A model generated the notes under the pieces. The model saw only the letters and a list, made by a program, of their open reading frames with translations, was not told the DNA's origin and made no database searches. Shown one piece after another: positions 49,015-58,554 of a stretch of 64,000 bases of DNA; the first letter of the stretch is position 1; the number at the start of each line of letters is the position of its first letter. The position numbers and the translations under genes are program-made. Where the stretch lies: the NCBI GenBank assembly GCA_002457145.1, contig NTJP01000007.1:28425-92424 (forward strand). Reading direction: 5' to 3'. The DNA comes from Marine Group II euryarchaeote MED-G38. GTDB taxonomy: Archaea; Thermoplasmatota; Poseidoniia; Poseidoniales; Thalassarchaeaceae.

Positions 49015-52000
49015 TTACTGGATATCAGCATTATCCTGGTCTGGAATCCAAGTTTCATTATCAGAATCCCATAACCACCCAGGATACTCATCGTATTTCT
49101 CTAGATTTTTTGAAGTATCTCTAATGGTTTCATTTTGTTCATTAACAATAGATTTAGGAGAAATTATCAACTCCACTTCCTTCTTTTTATTAATATCTGA
49201 GGACGTATTATTGCTTATCTTTTTTAATTCAAAACCTCGTTGATAAACAAATAAACCTACGCCAATAAATGATAAAATAATAATTGAGATTAATAGAATT
49301 AAACCAAATGAGAACCCTTGATTTTCGGTAACTCCTTTTACTTCAATTGGAAATGTTTTACTGTAGTCTAATCCCCCTGTCGTTTCTCCAAGGTCTAAGA
49401 CTATTGAACCATCATTTCCATTATTAGGCGTAAATTCTATCTGAACAGATCTTATTTCATCAGGCTGTAAATTAACCATCATTCCATCCAATACTCTAAT
49501 GTTCCAACTATTAGGACCAGAGACGACAATCCTATCGGAAATTATTGAATTACCGGTATTTTGTAATTCAAAATACATGGTACTTGATGAATCTGCATAA
49601 ATATCACTTACTTGAATTAAAGTCCATCTTACCTGGCTCAGAGTTTCAACCAGAAGTGAAATTGTATTTCTTGTTTCTATTCCTCCTCCTTCCATTACTA
49701 ATGTTACTTCTGGTTCTGAACCTGCTTCTGCAGATAAAGGAATAATTACTGTACACCAAACTCGAGAGGTTTCTCCAGGATATATTTTTTGAGGAGTTAA
49801 TGAACATGATGAAGAAAAATCGTTAGTTGGTAAATCCATCATAATAGATGGTTCCCAACTTACTGTACCATCATTCCTCACAGACCATCCTAAATCAAAT
49901 CCAGGTTCCCCAACTGGATAAGAATCTACGCCCAATGGCGTATCGGCAGTTTGTCCATTTGGGATATCAACTTGATAAAAATCAACTACAGGTACTGCCC
50001 CAGAAATTACATCTAGTGTGATGTTCCAATCTATTGAATAGCCATAATCGGTGATAAATCTAATTTCTAAGATACCACTTGATGCTTTACCATTACCAGT
50101 TATGGACATAGACCATTGTGAGTTTTGTCCCCTTTCAATTGATATCTCTTCAAGATTAGAAAGTGTCCACCCTCCTGGGAGATTCCTTTGGATTGGTTGT
50201 AATGTTATTTCTCTATTTCCTTCGTTTTTTATATCCAAAATAAACTGATAATTACCATCGGATAAAAGTGTATTTTCATCTCCACCTGATTCTAAAGATA
50301 TCTCAATTTTATCATATCCAATTACTAATAGAGGTATGTCAATTATCCACACGTCATTACTAACTCTAGAACCTACTTCTAACTTAGCAATAAACTCGGA
50401 ACCTGCTTCTATCAATGAACCAGGAGAAGTCACAGTTACATCAATATTTATCTTATCATTTTTAATTAATGTACCAGAGGACCCAGCTGATGAACCACTA
50501 AAAGGACCTATGTCGTCAAAACCTAAATTCCATCCTGCAGGAGAGGTTAATGATAAATCATAAGTTTGGGCCCCATTTCCATTATTTTTAATATCAAAGG
50601 AAAAATTTGTATCCACTAAAGAACTAACAAAAATCTCTGATGAAGGTAGGATAATTTGAGGCTGGGCTAGTACAGGTACGTCAAAGAAAATTTCTAACTC
50701 TGAATCTATATTATTTTCAATATCATTACCAGTTACTATCATTTTGTACAAACCTGGCTGTGGAGGTGCTGGATGCGACATGAGTAAAGTAACCGGAATA
50801 TTTTCTGAAGCATCTAAATTAAAATTAGTGTTGTTAAAAAAACTAGGCCAATTAAACTGAGTATTATCTCTGGTCCTTATTGGTGAAGATACTGAAATTG
50901 TAGCATTAGTCTCAAATAGAGCAGTATTGGTTATTATTAAGTCCCATTGAGTTGTTGAATCTGATGCCCCTCCTAATGTTACTATTGGACTTTCAGATGA
51001 AACTCTGATGCCAGGAGTACTTACGAAAACAAGTGCAGAAATGAAGTTATTAACTTCAGAAAGTTCTTCTAAACTATCATTTGGATCAATGTAAAATGAA
51101 ATTTCAACCTCTCCTTCGTCTTCAGATATTGGAGTCCAGTACCACGTTAATTCTTCAAAACCACCAGGAGACATTGTTACTAATTGGTTTCCTATAGGAT
51201 TAGAATTTGCATATGCAGTTACTGGTAAATCTGTAAAAGAACCGGCACCTTGGTTTCTCAGTGATATTGATATTTCTACTTCTTCACCAACCTGGGGTAT
51301 TGGAATAGAGATTTCAAATGAATCAGAAATGAAAGTTGGATCAGGAGTTAAGTCATTTACATTAACTCCTCTTACTGCTATAGAATATGGTTGAAATGTT
51401 CTACTACCTCCATGCGATGTATCTTTTACTTTAACAGTCCATATTCCAGTGGTGGCGCTATCAATTAGAACAACTTCAACATTATTCCTATTATCTTTTG
51501 AGCCGCCTGTTGTTGATTTGCCATTACTGAAATCGTTCCCTAAATAAGTCACTTCTCCATTTGGAGAGATTACTTCAAGATCTAGGTCATTTCTTAATTG
51601 AATACTTGAACTACTAGAACCTGGATAATCGGACCATGCAACGACTACTTTCAGTGGTTCTCCACTTCTTGTGACATCAAATGAATATTCGTTTACTTGT
51701 CCGGCCGATAATCGAGATCTATCATCAACATATATCCCTATATCTTCATCTGGAATCAGTGTGTCTATCAGATTTACTCTGCCCCATCCTTCATCATTAT
51801 TGGGAATGTTACGTGTACCCATATCTTCAGCCCCTAGAATCAACATCGCCTTGATCAAAGACCCTTGAGGGGCCGGGCGTTCCGCGATTTCCATTATATA
51901 TTCTCTAACCAAAGCGGCGGCCCCTGCTACAGCAGGTGTTGCCATTGATGTTCCACTGTATTCAATATAATATGAGTCCCCAATATTTGTTGAAGCATCT

Positions 52001-53457
52001 TCTGCTTCTTGGGCTAAGCATGATCGAACGTAATCACCCGGGCCAGTGACATCTGGCTTTATCCTACCATCATCCGTCGGCCCTTGACTAGAATATGGAT
52101 ACATTTGATCAGGATCCCATCTATTTTGGTGTCCTCCTACTGTAATAACATTCTTTGCGGTACCAGGAGACGAAATACCATTTGCACCTTCATTTCCAGC
52201 AGCGAATAAAACCGTCATACCCTGATAGGCCCAGTACTGATCCCATGTAGATGTTCTATCATCTGCATCCTCGGATTGCGTAGTATAAGACCCCCCTACT
52301 GGAGAACCCCAACTATTTGTATGAAATCTTGCGCCACCTGAATTATATGCTGAATTTAGCATTCCATAAATTCCGCTATTAGAAAGTTGAGCATTGCTAT
52401 CTATCTCCATTGCTTGAAAATATAATTCTGCTTCTGGAGCAATACCAGTATATGCAGAAGTCCTACTGCCGTCTCCTAAAACCGTACATGCAACGTGAGT
52501 GCCATGGCCGTCATTTGTATCTGCTGTGGATGAGTCTCCAGCTACATTAACAACATTGATAATTCTGTTACCAAAATCTCCATGGTCTTCATCGATACCA
52601 GTATCCGCAACTGCTACTATTTGGCCGCTACCATTTAGGCCAGTAACATATGTATTCTCAACAGTATTTATTCCCATATGTATCCTAGCTTGATTATTAT
52701 GTGTATTGCGCTCAAAAACTGGAGAAATATAAGAAACTGATGGATATTTTAGTATTTCATTTATATCTTTAGTATTGATTTCTCCGATATATACTCCACT
52801 TCGAGGTGAATGATAATTATTCATCCACATTAGTGCTATTTCTGATAATGAACTGGTTAGGTTTATTCCAGGAGAATCATGTCTAAATAAATCAGAATCT
52901 TTCCATCCTAATAACTCTACCAATACTGTTTCATCATTATTTAAATTGAAAAATTGTTTATCGGTAAACAATCCTAATGGAACTGAATGACTTGTTGCTA
53001 CTATGGAAAGATTAGCAATTTTACTGAGTTGATCCTGAGTTCCTTGTATCAGAAAACCGGATGGAGGTATAGTTGCGCGAATTTCTACTTCTGCATGTTC
53101 CATTATTTCCATCCTAGCATCCCATAAACCGGTTTCTCCATCGATTAAAGCCAGTGATAAGTCTGATCGAGGAAACGTCAGTTCTGAATTCATATGAACT
53201 CTTGGTATCAAACCCAGTTCCGTATAAATTCCAATAGGAGTATCTGCCCTTAAATTTCTTATCTCTTCTAAATCAAAATATGACGATACTGGAGATAGAT
53301 TTTGGATTGAATTTGGGTTAGGAGATATTTCATTCCTTTGATATTCTTGAAAAAAAGTATTTTCTTGCTGATCATCTATTTTAGTTTCATATTCCATCAA
53401 AGGAAGATATGATAGTAAAAGAATACTGAGTATCAGTACTGAGATACGCTTATTCAT
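49015..53457 (-). CDS. Membrane-anchored S8 (subtilisin, Kp43-like) serine peptidase with Ig-like repeats
   Basis: Catalytic triad VADTG, HGTHV, GTSMATP; FAAGN; EGWGRV; jelly-roll domain, CARDB/COG1470-like repeats, C-terminal TM. Confidence 0.93.
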   Translation of the reverse strand: MNKRISVLILSILLLSYLPLMEYETKIDDQQENTFFQEYQRNEISPNPNSIQNLSPVSSYFDLEEIRNLRADTPIGIYTELGLIPRVHMNSELTFPRSDLSLALIDGETGLWDARMEIMEHAEVEIRATIPPSGFLIQGTQDQLSKIANLSIVATSHSVPLGLFTDKQFFNLNNDETVLVELLGWKDSDLFRHDSPGINLTSSLSEIALMWMNNYHSPRSGVYIGEINTKDINEILKYPSVSYISPVFERNTHNNQARIHMGINTVENTYVTGLNGSGQIVAVADTGIDEDHGDFGNRIINVVNVAGDSSTADTNDGHGTHVACTVLGDGSRTSAYTGIAPEAELYFQAMEIDSNAQLSNSGIYGMLNSAYNSGGARFHTNSWGSPVGGSYTTQSEDADDRTSTWDQYWAYQGMTVLFAAGNEGANGISSPGTAKNVITVGGHQNRWDPDQMYPYSSQGPTDDGRIKPDVTGPGDYVRSCLAQEAEDASTNIGDSYYIEYSGTSMATPAVAGAAALVREYIMEIAERPAPQGSLIKAMLILGAEDMGTRNIPNNDEGWGRVNLIDTLIPDEDIGIYVDDRSRLSAGQVNEYSFDVTRSGEPLKVVVAWSDYPGSSSSSIQLRNDLDLEVISPNGEVTYLGNDFSNGKSTTGGSKDNRNNVEVVLIDSATTGIWTVKVKDTSHGGSRTFQPYSIAVRGVNVNDLTPDPTFISDSFEISIPIPQVGEEVEISISLRNQGAGSFTDLPVTAYANSNPIGNQLVTMSPGGFEELTWYWTPISEDEGEVEISFYIDPNDSLEELSEVNNFISALVFVSTPGIRVSSESPIVTLGGASDSTTQWDLIITNTALFETNATISVSSPIRTRDNTQFNWPSFFNNTNFNLDASENIPVTLLMSHPAPPQPGLYKMIVTGNDIENNIDSELEIFFDVPVLAQPQIILPSSEIFVSSLVDTNFSFDIKNNGNGAQTYDLSLTSPAGWNLGFDDIGPFSGSSAGSSGTLIKNDKINIDVTVTSPGSLIEAGSEFIAKLEVGSRVSNDVWIIDIPLLVIGYDKIEISLESGGDENTLLSDGNYQFILDIKNEGNREITLQPIQRNLPGGWTLSNLEEISIERGQNSQWSMSITGNGKASSGILEIRFITDYGYSIDWNITLDVISGAVPVVDFYQVDIPNGQTADTPLGVDSYPVGEPGFDLGWSVRNDGTVSWEPSIMMDLPTNDFSSSCSLTPQKIYPGETSRVWCTVIIPLSAEAGSEPEVTLVMEGGGIETRNTISLLVETLSQVRWTLIQVSDIYADSSSTMYFELQNTGNSIISDRIVVSGPNSWNIRVLDGMMVNLQPDEIRSVQIEFTPNNGNDGSIVLDLGETTGGLDYSKTFPIEVKGVTENQGFSFGLILLISIIILSFIGVGLFVYQRGFELKKISNNTSSDINKKKEVELIISPKSIVNEQNETIRDTSKNLEKYDEYPGWLWDSDNETWIPDQDNADIQ

Positions 53458-53541
53458 GATTGTCGCCCTCAGGAATGTAATTTGATAGTATTGGTGGAAT
53501 GTTAATACATAGAATATGATTAAACATGATTAACCTCTCTC

Positions 53542-54105
53542 TTAGAAAATTGTAATTGGAGCACGATCGGTAAATAGTTCCATTGTCCATTCTCCTACTT
53601 GGTGTGTCCACCTTTCATCTACTGCCCCATTATAGTAACTGTATTCTAATAATATCTCTATTTGGTAATTTTCCCATACTGAAGCCCCTCCTACAATCAA
53701 TTCTAAATCATCTCCAGCATAGAAACTGTGTGCAGAAAGTAAATCAATATAATGATCGGTACGGCCTAACTCAACACTATTTGAATCTGTAAATCGTATA
53801 GAGATAGTTATATCTGAAATTTCCCTGCTACCATGATTGTCTAATTGTGCCAAAACTATGTGCCCTGATGTTCCTTGACGGTATACTACATCCATACTTA
53901 CTCTGTCATAAGGGACAACCCAAACTACGGTGAATAAAGATACAAAAAGCAAGGAAAGAACTGTTGCAGAAGCAAAAATAACTCTTCTTGGGGAAATTAA
54001 TTCTTTTGTTAATTCTAATGATTCTAGGATATCATGAGCTATTTCTGATTCTAATGAATCATCATCAATCTCTTCCTTTTGTAATTTTTCAAGTAGGCCC
54101 ATCAT
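53542..54105 (-). CDS. Single-pass membrane protein with an Ig-like (FxLYD-like) outer domain
   Basis: Acidic N-terminus, one TM, LDNHGSREISDITISIRFTDS..VELG. AGGAGGT SD lies inside the upstream gene's end. Confidence 0.7.
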   Translation of the reverse strand: MMGLLEKLQKEEIDDDSLESEIAHDILESLELTKELISPRRVIFASATVLSLLFVSLFTVVWVVPYDRVSMDVVYRQGTSGHIVLAQLDNHGSREISDITISIRFTDSNSVELGRTDHYIDLLSAHSFYAGDDLELIVGGASVWENYQIEILLEYSYYNGAVDERWTHQVGEWTMELFTDRAPITIF

Positions 54106-57100
54106 TACTACCTCCTAAAAAAGTTAATACTGTTAAAATACCTGAAGAGAGAGGTTCTGGTGCCATTATATGGCTTGTTGATCCAGACACTCCGGGAATT
54201 ACAGATAGAATGGATAAATCAGAAGCTAAACCATTTATTCCAAATGTAGTTCCGGTTGGAATTCCTCCAGTAATTTGGGCATCTATCAAAACACCTTTCA
54301 GATCTATATTTCTGTCATTAACTTCGGCATGTAACCTTGCTGAAGCTATAATTCTTCCACCCTGAACATCATCAATCTCGATGACACTGTATGGGTAAAC
54401 AATTTCTCTAATATGTATCGTAGCACTCTTCAGATTTTCTCCTAAAGCCTCCATTTCATCTATCACAATTGGAGGTGTAGTTGGTATATTACTTGAACGA
54501 ATATATATCTTTTCAACTCCATCACCACCAGATCTAATTTGTAATCCGAAAGAATCCGTAGGTTTGATAATCATTTTATCAGTCATTCCCTCTGCTAATA
54601 GGACTATGTCGCCTCGACTATTGATTGCTCTTCCAAAAGCTTCAATATACAAAGACATACCAACATCAGAAGCTGTAAAGTCAAGGATTGGAGTGCCTTG
54701 GAATGCTAAATCTTTGGTGATATCGAAGTTTAAGTCGGGTTCGGTAGTCAAATTCATTGAACCTGGTATATCTGTCAAGAATATGGTTGCAGGCCACCAC
54801 AAATCGTCCATCCACTGCATTTGTTGAATCATCATTGAACCGACAGCAAAACCTTCTGATGTTCTAAATTGTTCTGGTACGGTCATGTCTATTGATATTG
54901 CAGAGCCAAGGCTTGCTTGAAGTTCTACTGATTCGGGTATATCTTTTATCATTATCTCAGTACGCAAACCCGCCTCTCTGTTAATTAATAAAACATGTAT
55001 CCACTCTAAACGATTGGATAATTCATAAAGACTTGTGGTTGAGACTTCCGTTATCTCTCCAAGTGTCGTTATGGTAATAATTGAGTCTAAACCTAAACTT
55101 GTATATTCTCCAACTTTTAAACCCTTCATAGTCACAAATAAATCTTGACCATTAATTCCTCTCATTACCAACATTAATTCAGTATGTTGAGGGTACCATG
55201 AATCTAAATCAACGTATATTGACCATTCTTGTTGATTTTCAAAACCATCTCTGGATATCGATAATTCAATAGAGGGGGGGAGACGAGGCATCCATAACCT
55301 CAGATGGAAACCGTCAGAAATACCTGTTGGACTGGCTTCAAGTGAAACACCATGAACCCAAGGAAGATTTTCTGTTCTTTTGTTACCATGATACGATTCC
55401 ACAACAATATCGAATTCTGAATCTGATTCTAATTCAATACCAAATGAAAAATTAGATGATTCTGATCCTGAACCTGTTGATATATCAGTAGTTATGTCCG
55501 AGAGTAAATCATTCATAGAACGTCCTAAATCCGAGAATCCACCAATAAATGATGCAATTCCCGATAATCCCTGAGAAGTATTAAATTCTGGAATTATCAA
55601 ACTTGGCCCTTCATTAACACCTGTAGGTATTTTGAGGGAAACTGAAGAAGGAAGTGGGTTAATCTCTGCCTTTACGGATAATTTATCATCAAAATTAGTT
55701 GGTGCCTTTTCAACACTGAAAAGCATAGTATTTGGATTTGCAATATTCAAATATGCAGTTCCCATTCCTGCTAATCCTTCTGCACCTTCTTCTTGGGGTT
55801 CTATCCAACCAACTTCTTTCAAACCGGAAATCCTAGAAGATAGGCTGACCTGATTATTGGCAGGATTATTGTGAAATAAGAAGTGATCACCACTCATCGT
55901 AACAGGTGTAGATGAATTAGAAATTTGAGCTTCTATAGTAGTTATTGGAGTATCAGAAGACCATGAGACAGTATTTCCAAAAGTTTGTACAAAGTTAGCT
56001 GGAAGGTCTATGATATTTGCAGCTTGATATTGATTACCTTCATTACCTGTGTAAGAAATAGTATCAATAATTGATGATGCAGAATAATGTAAAGAATCTG
56101 CAGATATTGTAATAGACAATTCATTTGGAAGATCCGAAAATGATATTGCATGGTGTGAAAAATTAACTATAGATTCTGACGGATGTTCTATAAAGGACAT
56201 AACGAGTTGTTTATCAGAATCGGTAAATATGTCTATTTTTTGTTCATTTGTTTCATTGTTATCAACAAATGATGCAGCCATGAATCCGCTAAAACTTAAA
56301 CTGGCAGCAATAGGTGCTAAAGGTTCAACAGGTCCATTTCGGCCTTGAATAATTGTCAAATCGGTATCTTTTGATAATATTAAATGGTCCCCCTCTATTT
56401 TAGGATGGGGAGAAGATCCAATCGCTAATTCAATAGAATTTAAAGGCATCATAGATCTATCTGATCTCCAATTATTAGTCATTAAAATATGGAAAGAAGC
56501 ACCGTCAAAACTACCAGAAGTGGTATCTCCGCTAAGTAAGTCTACTATGATTGTTGGAACGTCATTCAACACACTTCCAGTATCTAAAAAGAGATCTACA
56601 AGATTTAAAATTACTGAATCTACAATTTTTGATATGAAATCTAAATCTGAAGCACTATCCAAACTAGTGTCTACATCTGAAGAACCTCCCATTTCAAATG
56701 AGCCGTATACAATTAATGCGGTAGGAATATCCGTAGCTTTTACATGGATTGCTCTATGGTCTTCTTGAATTCCTCCTCGCTTAAACCAGGAATAGTAGTC
56801 TAAACTTTCAATTGATTGCTTTGATCTAATAAGTATCAGACTATTGGGTGGATTTGCAGGATTTATTGGTAATGTTAAGTCATTTACATTCGGACTCGTA
56901 TCTCTCGAGAAATTTTTAACGCCTATGATCAATCCAAGTCTATCCGGTTGCCCTCCCGGTAATTCTGGAGAATTCTCAGAACCCAACATTCTGAATATTC
57001 TTGATATTTCACCTGGAGACATTGAGCCTTCTGGCATACCCCTAAACCATCCCAGTGAATCTGTAACATTTCCATAATTTCCGTCTGATTCCGATGCAGG

Positions 57101-58468
57101 AAGATTTGATCTATTCTCGTGGAAGTGGAGGAATAAATCAGCTCTATCATCAGCCCAATATTCTATTGTTGTAAGGCTCTTATCTCCTTCTAGTCCTGTT
57201 GAGGTTGGCAGTATAGCATCGGTTCTGATGATTATTTCTGCTTCTGAAGGTAATCTATCAGATTCCCCATTTGGATGGAATGTGGCATCAATATAAGCCA
57301 ATTCCCATACATTTCTGGTGCCATCATTATTAGGAGGAGAGAAGTGAATGTAACCTAAACCTACAGATACTCCACAATTTATTTCTTCAGATGGTAGTGT
57401 AGTTAATTCTGATGGAGAATATCTAGAAGGACAAGAGATTTGGCCGGCATTATTGACTCTAATAGAATATGGGGCAGATATAGAAGCAAATGAGATACCT
57501 GTCTCATCTTGGCCTATATCAATTAGCCCTAATGTCAATGCCAATATTAGCCCACTACTCGCTTCCGAAATATCGAAATAAAAACGTTCGATACCAATCT
57601 CTATAGAGAAATCATAGGGTGCTGTTGTAAATCTTGAATCTACTATCCAGATATAACTTTCACCATCTCCTAACGCTAAAACAGCATCATCGGCAGAATA
57701 AGCAAAGGCTTTAATTAAAGAAACTTGCAAAAATTTCAAACTATTCCAATCTGAATCATCGGCACTATCCTCTAGGACCTTTACGGTAAATGAAATTCCT
57801 GGTTCAATCCATAAAGAATCTCCTTCAATCCCCCAACCTCCGTTAAATTCCCATGAAACACTTAAACCGACTTGAATATCGTTATCTCCATCGTCGTCTA
57901 TATCGATTGAATGAAGCAGTGGATCAGTATTAAAATTAAACAAGGATAGTAGGGATGCGCTAAATGTTACAGTTTCAAACTGTTCAATGATATTGCCGTT
58001 GATGTCAGTATATTTTGTCCAAATTACATAATCTGTAACGTTGATTAAAGTTTGCCATATATTATTCACTTCTCCTGGCCTACTTGCACCGCTTATTGCC
58101 AAATCATAAGCATCAGGATGAGTAGGGACAGGCGGATTGGTTTCAATTAAAGATATGTTATTTACCCCTTGTCCGATGTTGGAAAGAGGGTCAGAATCGC
58201 CCGAAGGAGAAACCAAATTATCTATATTTTCAATTTTTGGCTCTGCTAAAGAACCTATCGAATTAGTATTTATTATATTCTGTCTTTCAGATAGAAGATT
58301 GCTTAAATCATCAAGAATTTCAAAATCATCAGATTCAATTCTTGCCTCAGCATCAACGTTAGTGAATGGTATCAATGAAGGTAATAAAAATAACAATGTA
58401 AGCACTATTGCAAGACGAGAAGGATCAAAATTAAATCGGGGAAAGATCATCCGGTTGTCCTTTCCCAT
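54089..58468 (-). CDS. Very large secreted beta-rich hypothetical protein
   Basis: 1459-aa ORF, N-terminal hydrophobic signal, DIDDDGDND loop, recurring x[D/N][L/I]P motifs. Start may be ATG 58450. Confidence 0.85.
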   Translation of the reverse strand: MGKDNRMIFPRFNFDPSRLAIVLTLLFLLPSLIPFTNVDAEARIESDDFEILDDLSNLLSERQNIINTNSIGSLAEPKIENIDNLVSPSGDSDPLSNIGQGVNNISLIETNPPVPTHPDAYDLAISGASRPGEVNNIWQTLINVTDYVIWTKYTDINGNIIEQFETVTFSASLLSLFNFNTDPLLHSIDIDDDGDNDIQVGLSVSWEFNGGWGIEGDSLWIEPGISFTVKVLEDSADDSDWNSLKFLQVSLIKAFAYSADDAVLALGDGESYIWIVDSRFTTAPYDFSIEIGIERFYFDISEASSGLILALTLGLIDIGQDETGISFASISAPYSIRVNNAGQISCPSRYSPSELTTLPSEEINCGVSVGLGYIHFSPPNNDGTRNVWELAYIDATFHPNGESDRLPSEAEIIIRTDAILPTSTGLEGDKSLTTIEYWADDRADLFLHFHENRSNLPASESDGNYGNVTDSLGWFRGMPEGSMSPGEISRIFRMLGSENSPELPGGQPDRLGLIIGVKNFSRDTSPNVNDLTLPINPANPPNSLILIRSKQSIESLDYYSWFKRGGIQEDHRAIHVKATDIPTALIVYGSFEMGGSSDVDTSLDSASDLDFISKIVDSVILNLVDLFLDTGSVLNDVPTIIVDLLSGDTTSGSFDGASFHILMTNNWRSDRSMMPLNSIELAIGSSPHPKIEGDHLILSKDTDLTIIQGRNGPVEPLAPIAASLSFSGFMAASFVDNNETNEQKIDIFTDSDKQLVMSFIEHPSESIVNFSHHAISFSDLPNELSITISADSLHYSASSIIDTISYTGNEGNQYQAANIIDLPANFVQTFGNTVSWSSDTPITTIEAQISNSSTPVTMSGDHFLFHNNPANNQVSLSSRISGLKEVGWIEPQEEGAEGLAGMGTAYLNIANPNTMLFSVEKAPTNFDDKLSVKAEINPLPSSVSLKIPTGVNEGPSLIIPEFNTSQGLSGIASFIGGFSDLGRSMNDLLSDITTDISTGSGSESSNFSFGIELESDSEFDIVVESYHGNKRTENLPWVHGVSLEASPTGISDGFHLRLWMPRLPPSIELSISRDGFENQQEWSIYVDLDSWYPQHTELMLVMRGINGQDLFVTMKGLKVGEYTSLGLDSIITITTLGEITEVSTTSLYELSNRLEWIHVLLINREAGLRTEIMIKDIPESVELQASLGSAISIDMTVPEQFRTSEGFAVGSMMIQQMQWMDDLWWPATIFLTDIPGSMNLTTEPDLNFDITKDLAFQGTPILDFTASDVGMSLYIEAFGRAINSRGDIVLLAEGMTDKMIIKPTDSFGLQIRSGGDGVEKIYIRSSNIPTTPPIVIDEMEALGENLKSATIHIREIVYPYSVIEIDDVQGGRIIASARLHAEVNDRNIDLKGVLIDAQITGGIPTGTTFGINGLASDLSILSVIPGVSGSTSHIMAPEPLSSGILTVLTFLGGSNDGPT

Positions 58469-58554
58469 AACATCTCATACCCTATGTGTGATATATGCTA
58501 TTGCCTTTCTTGACCTACAAATATGCTGAGTTTTTGACCTTATATAAATCGCCG

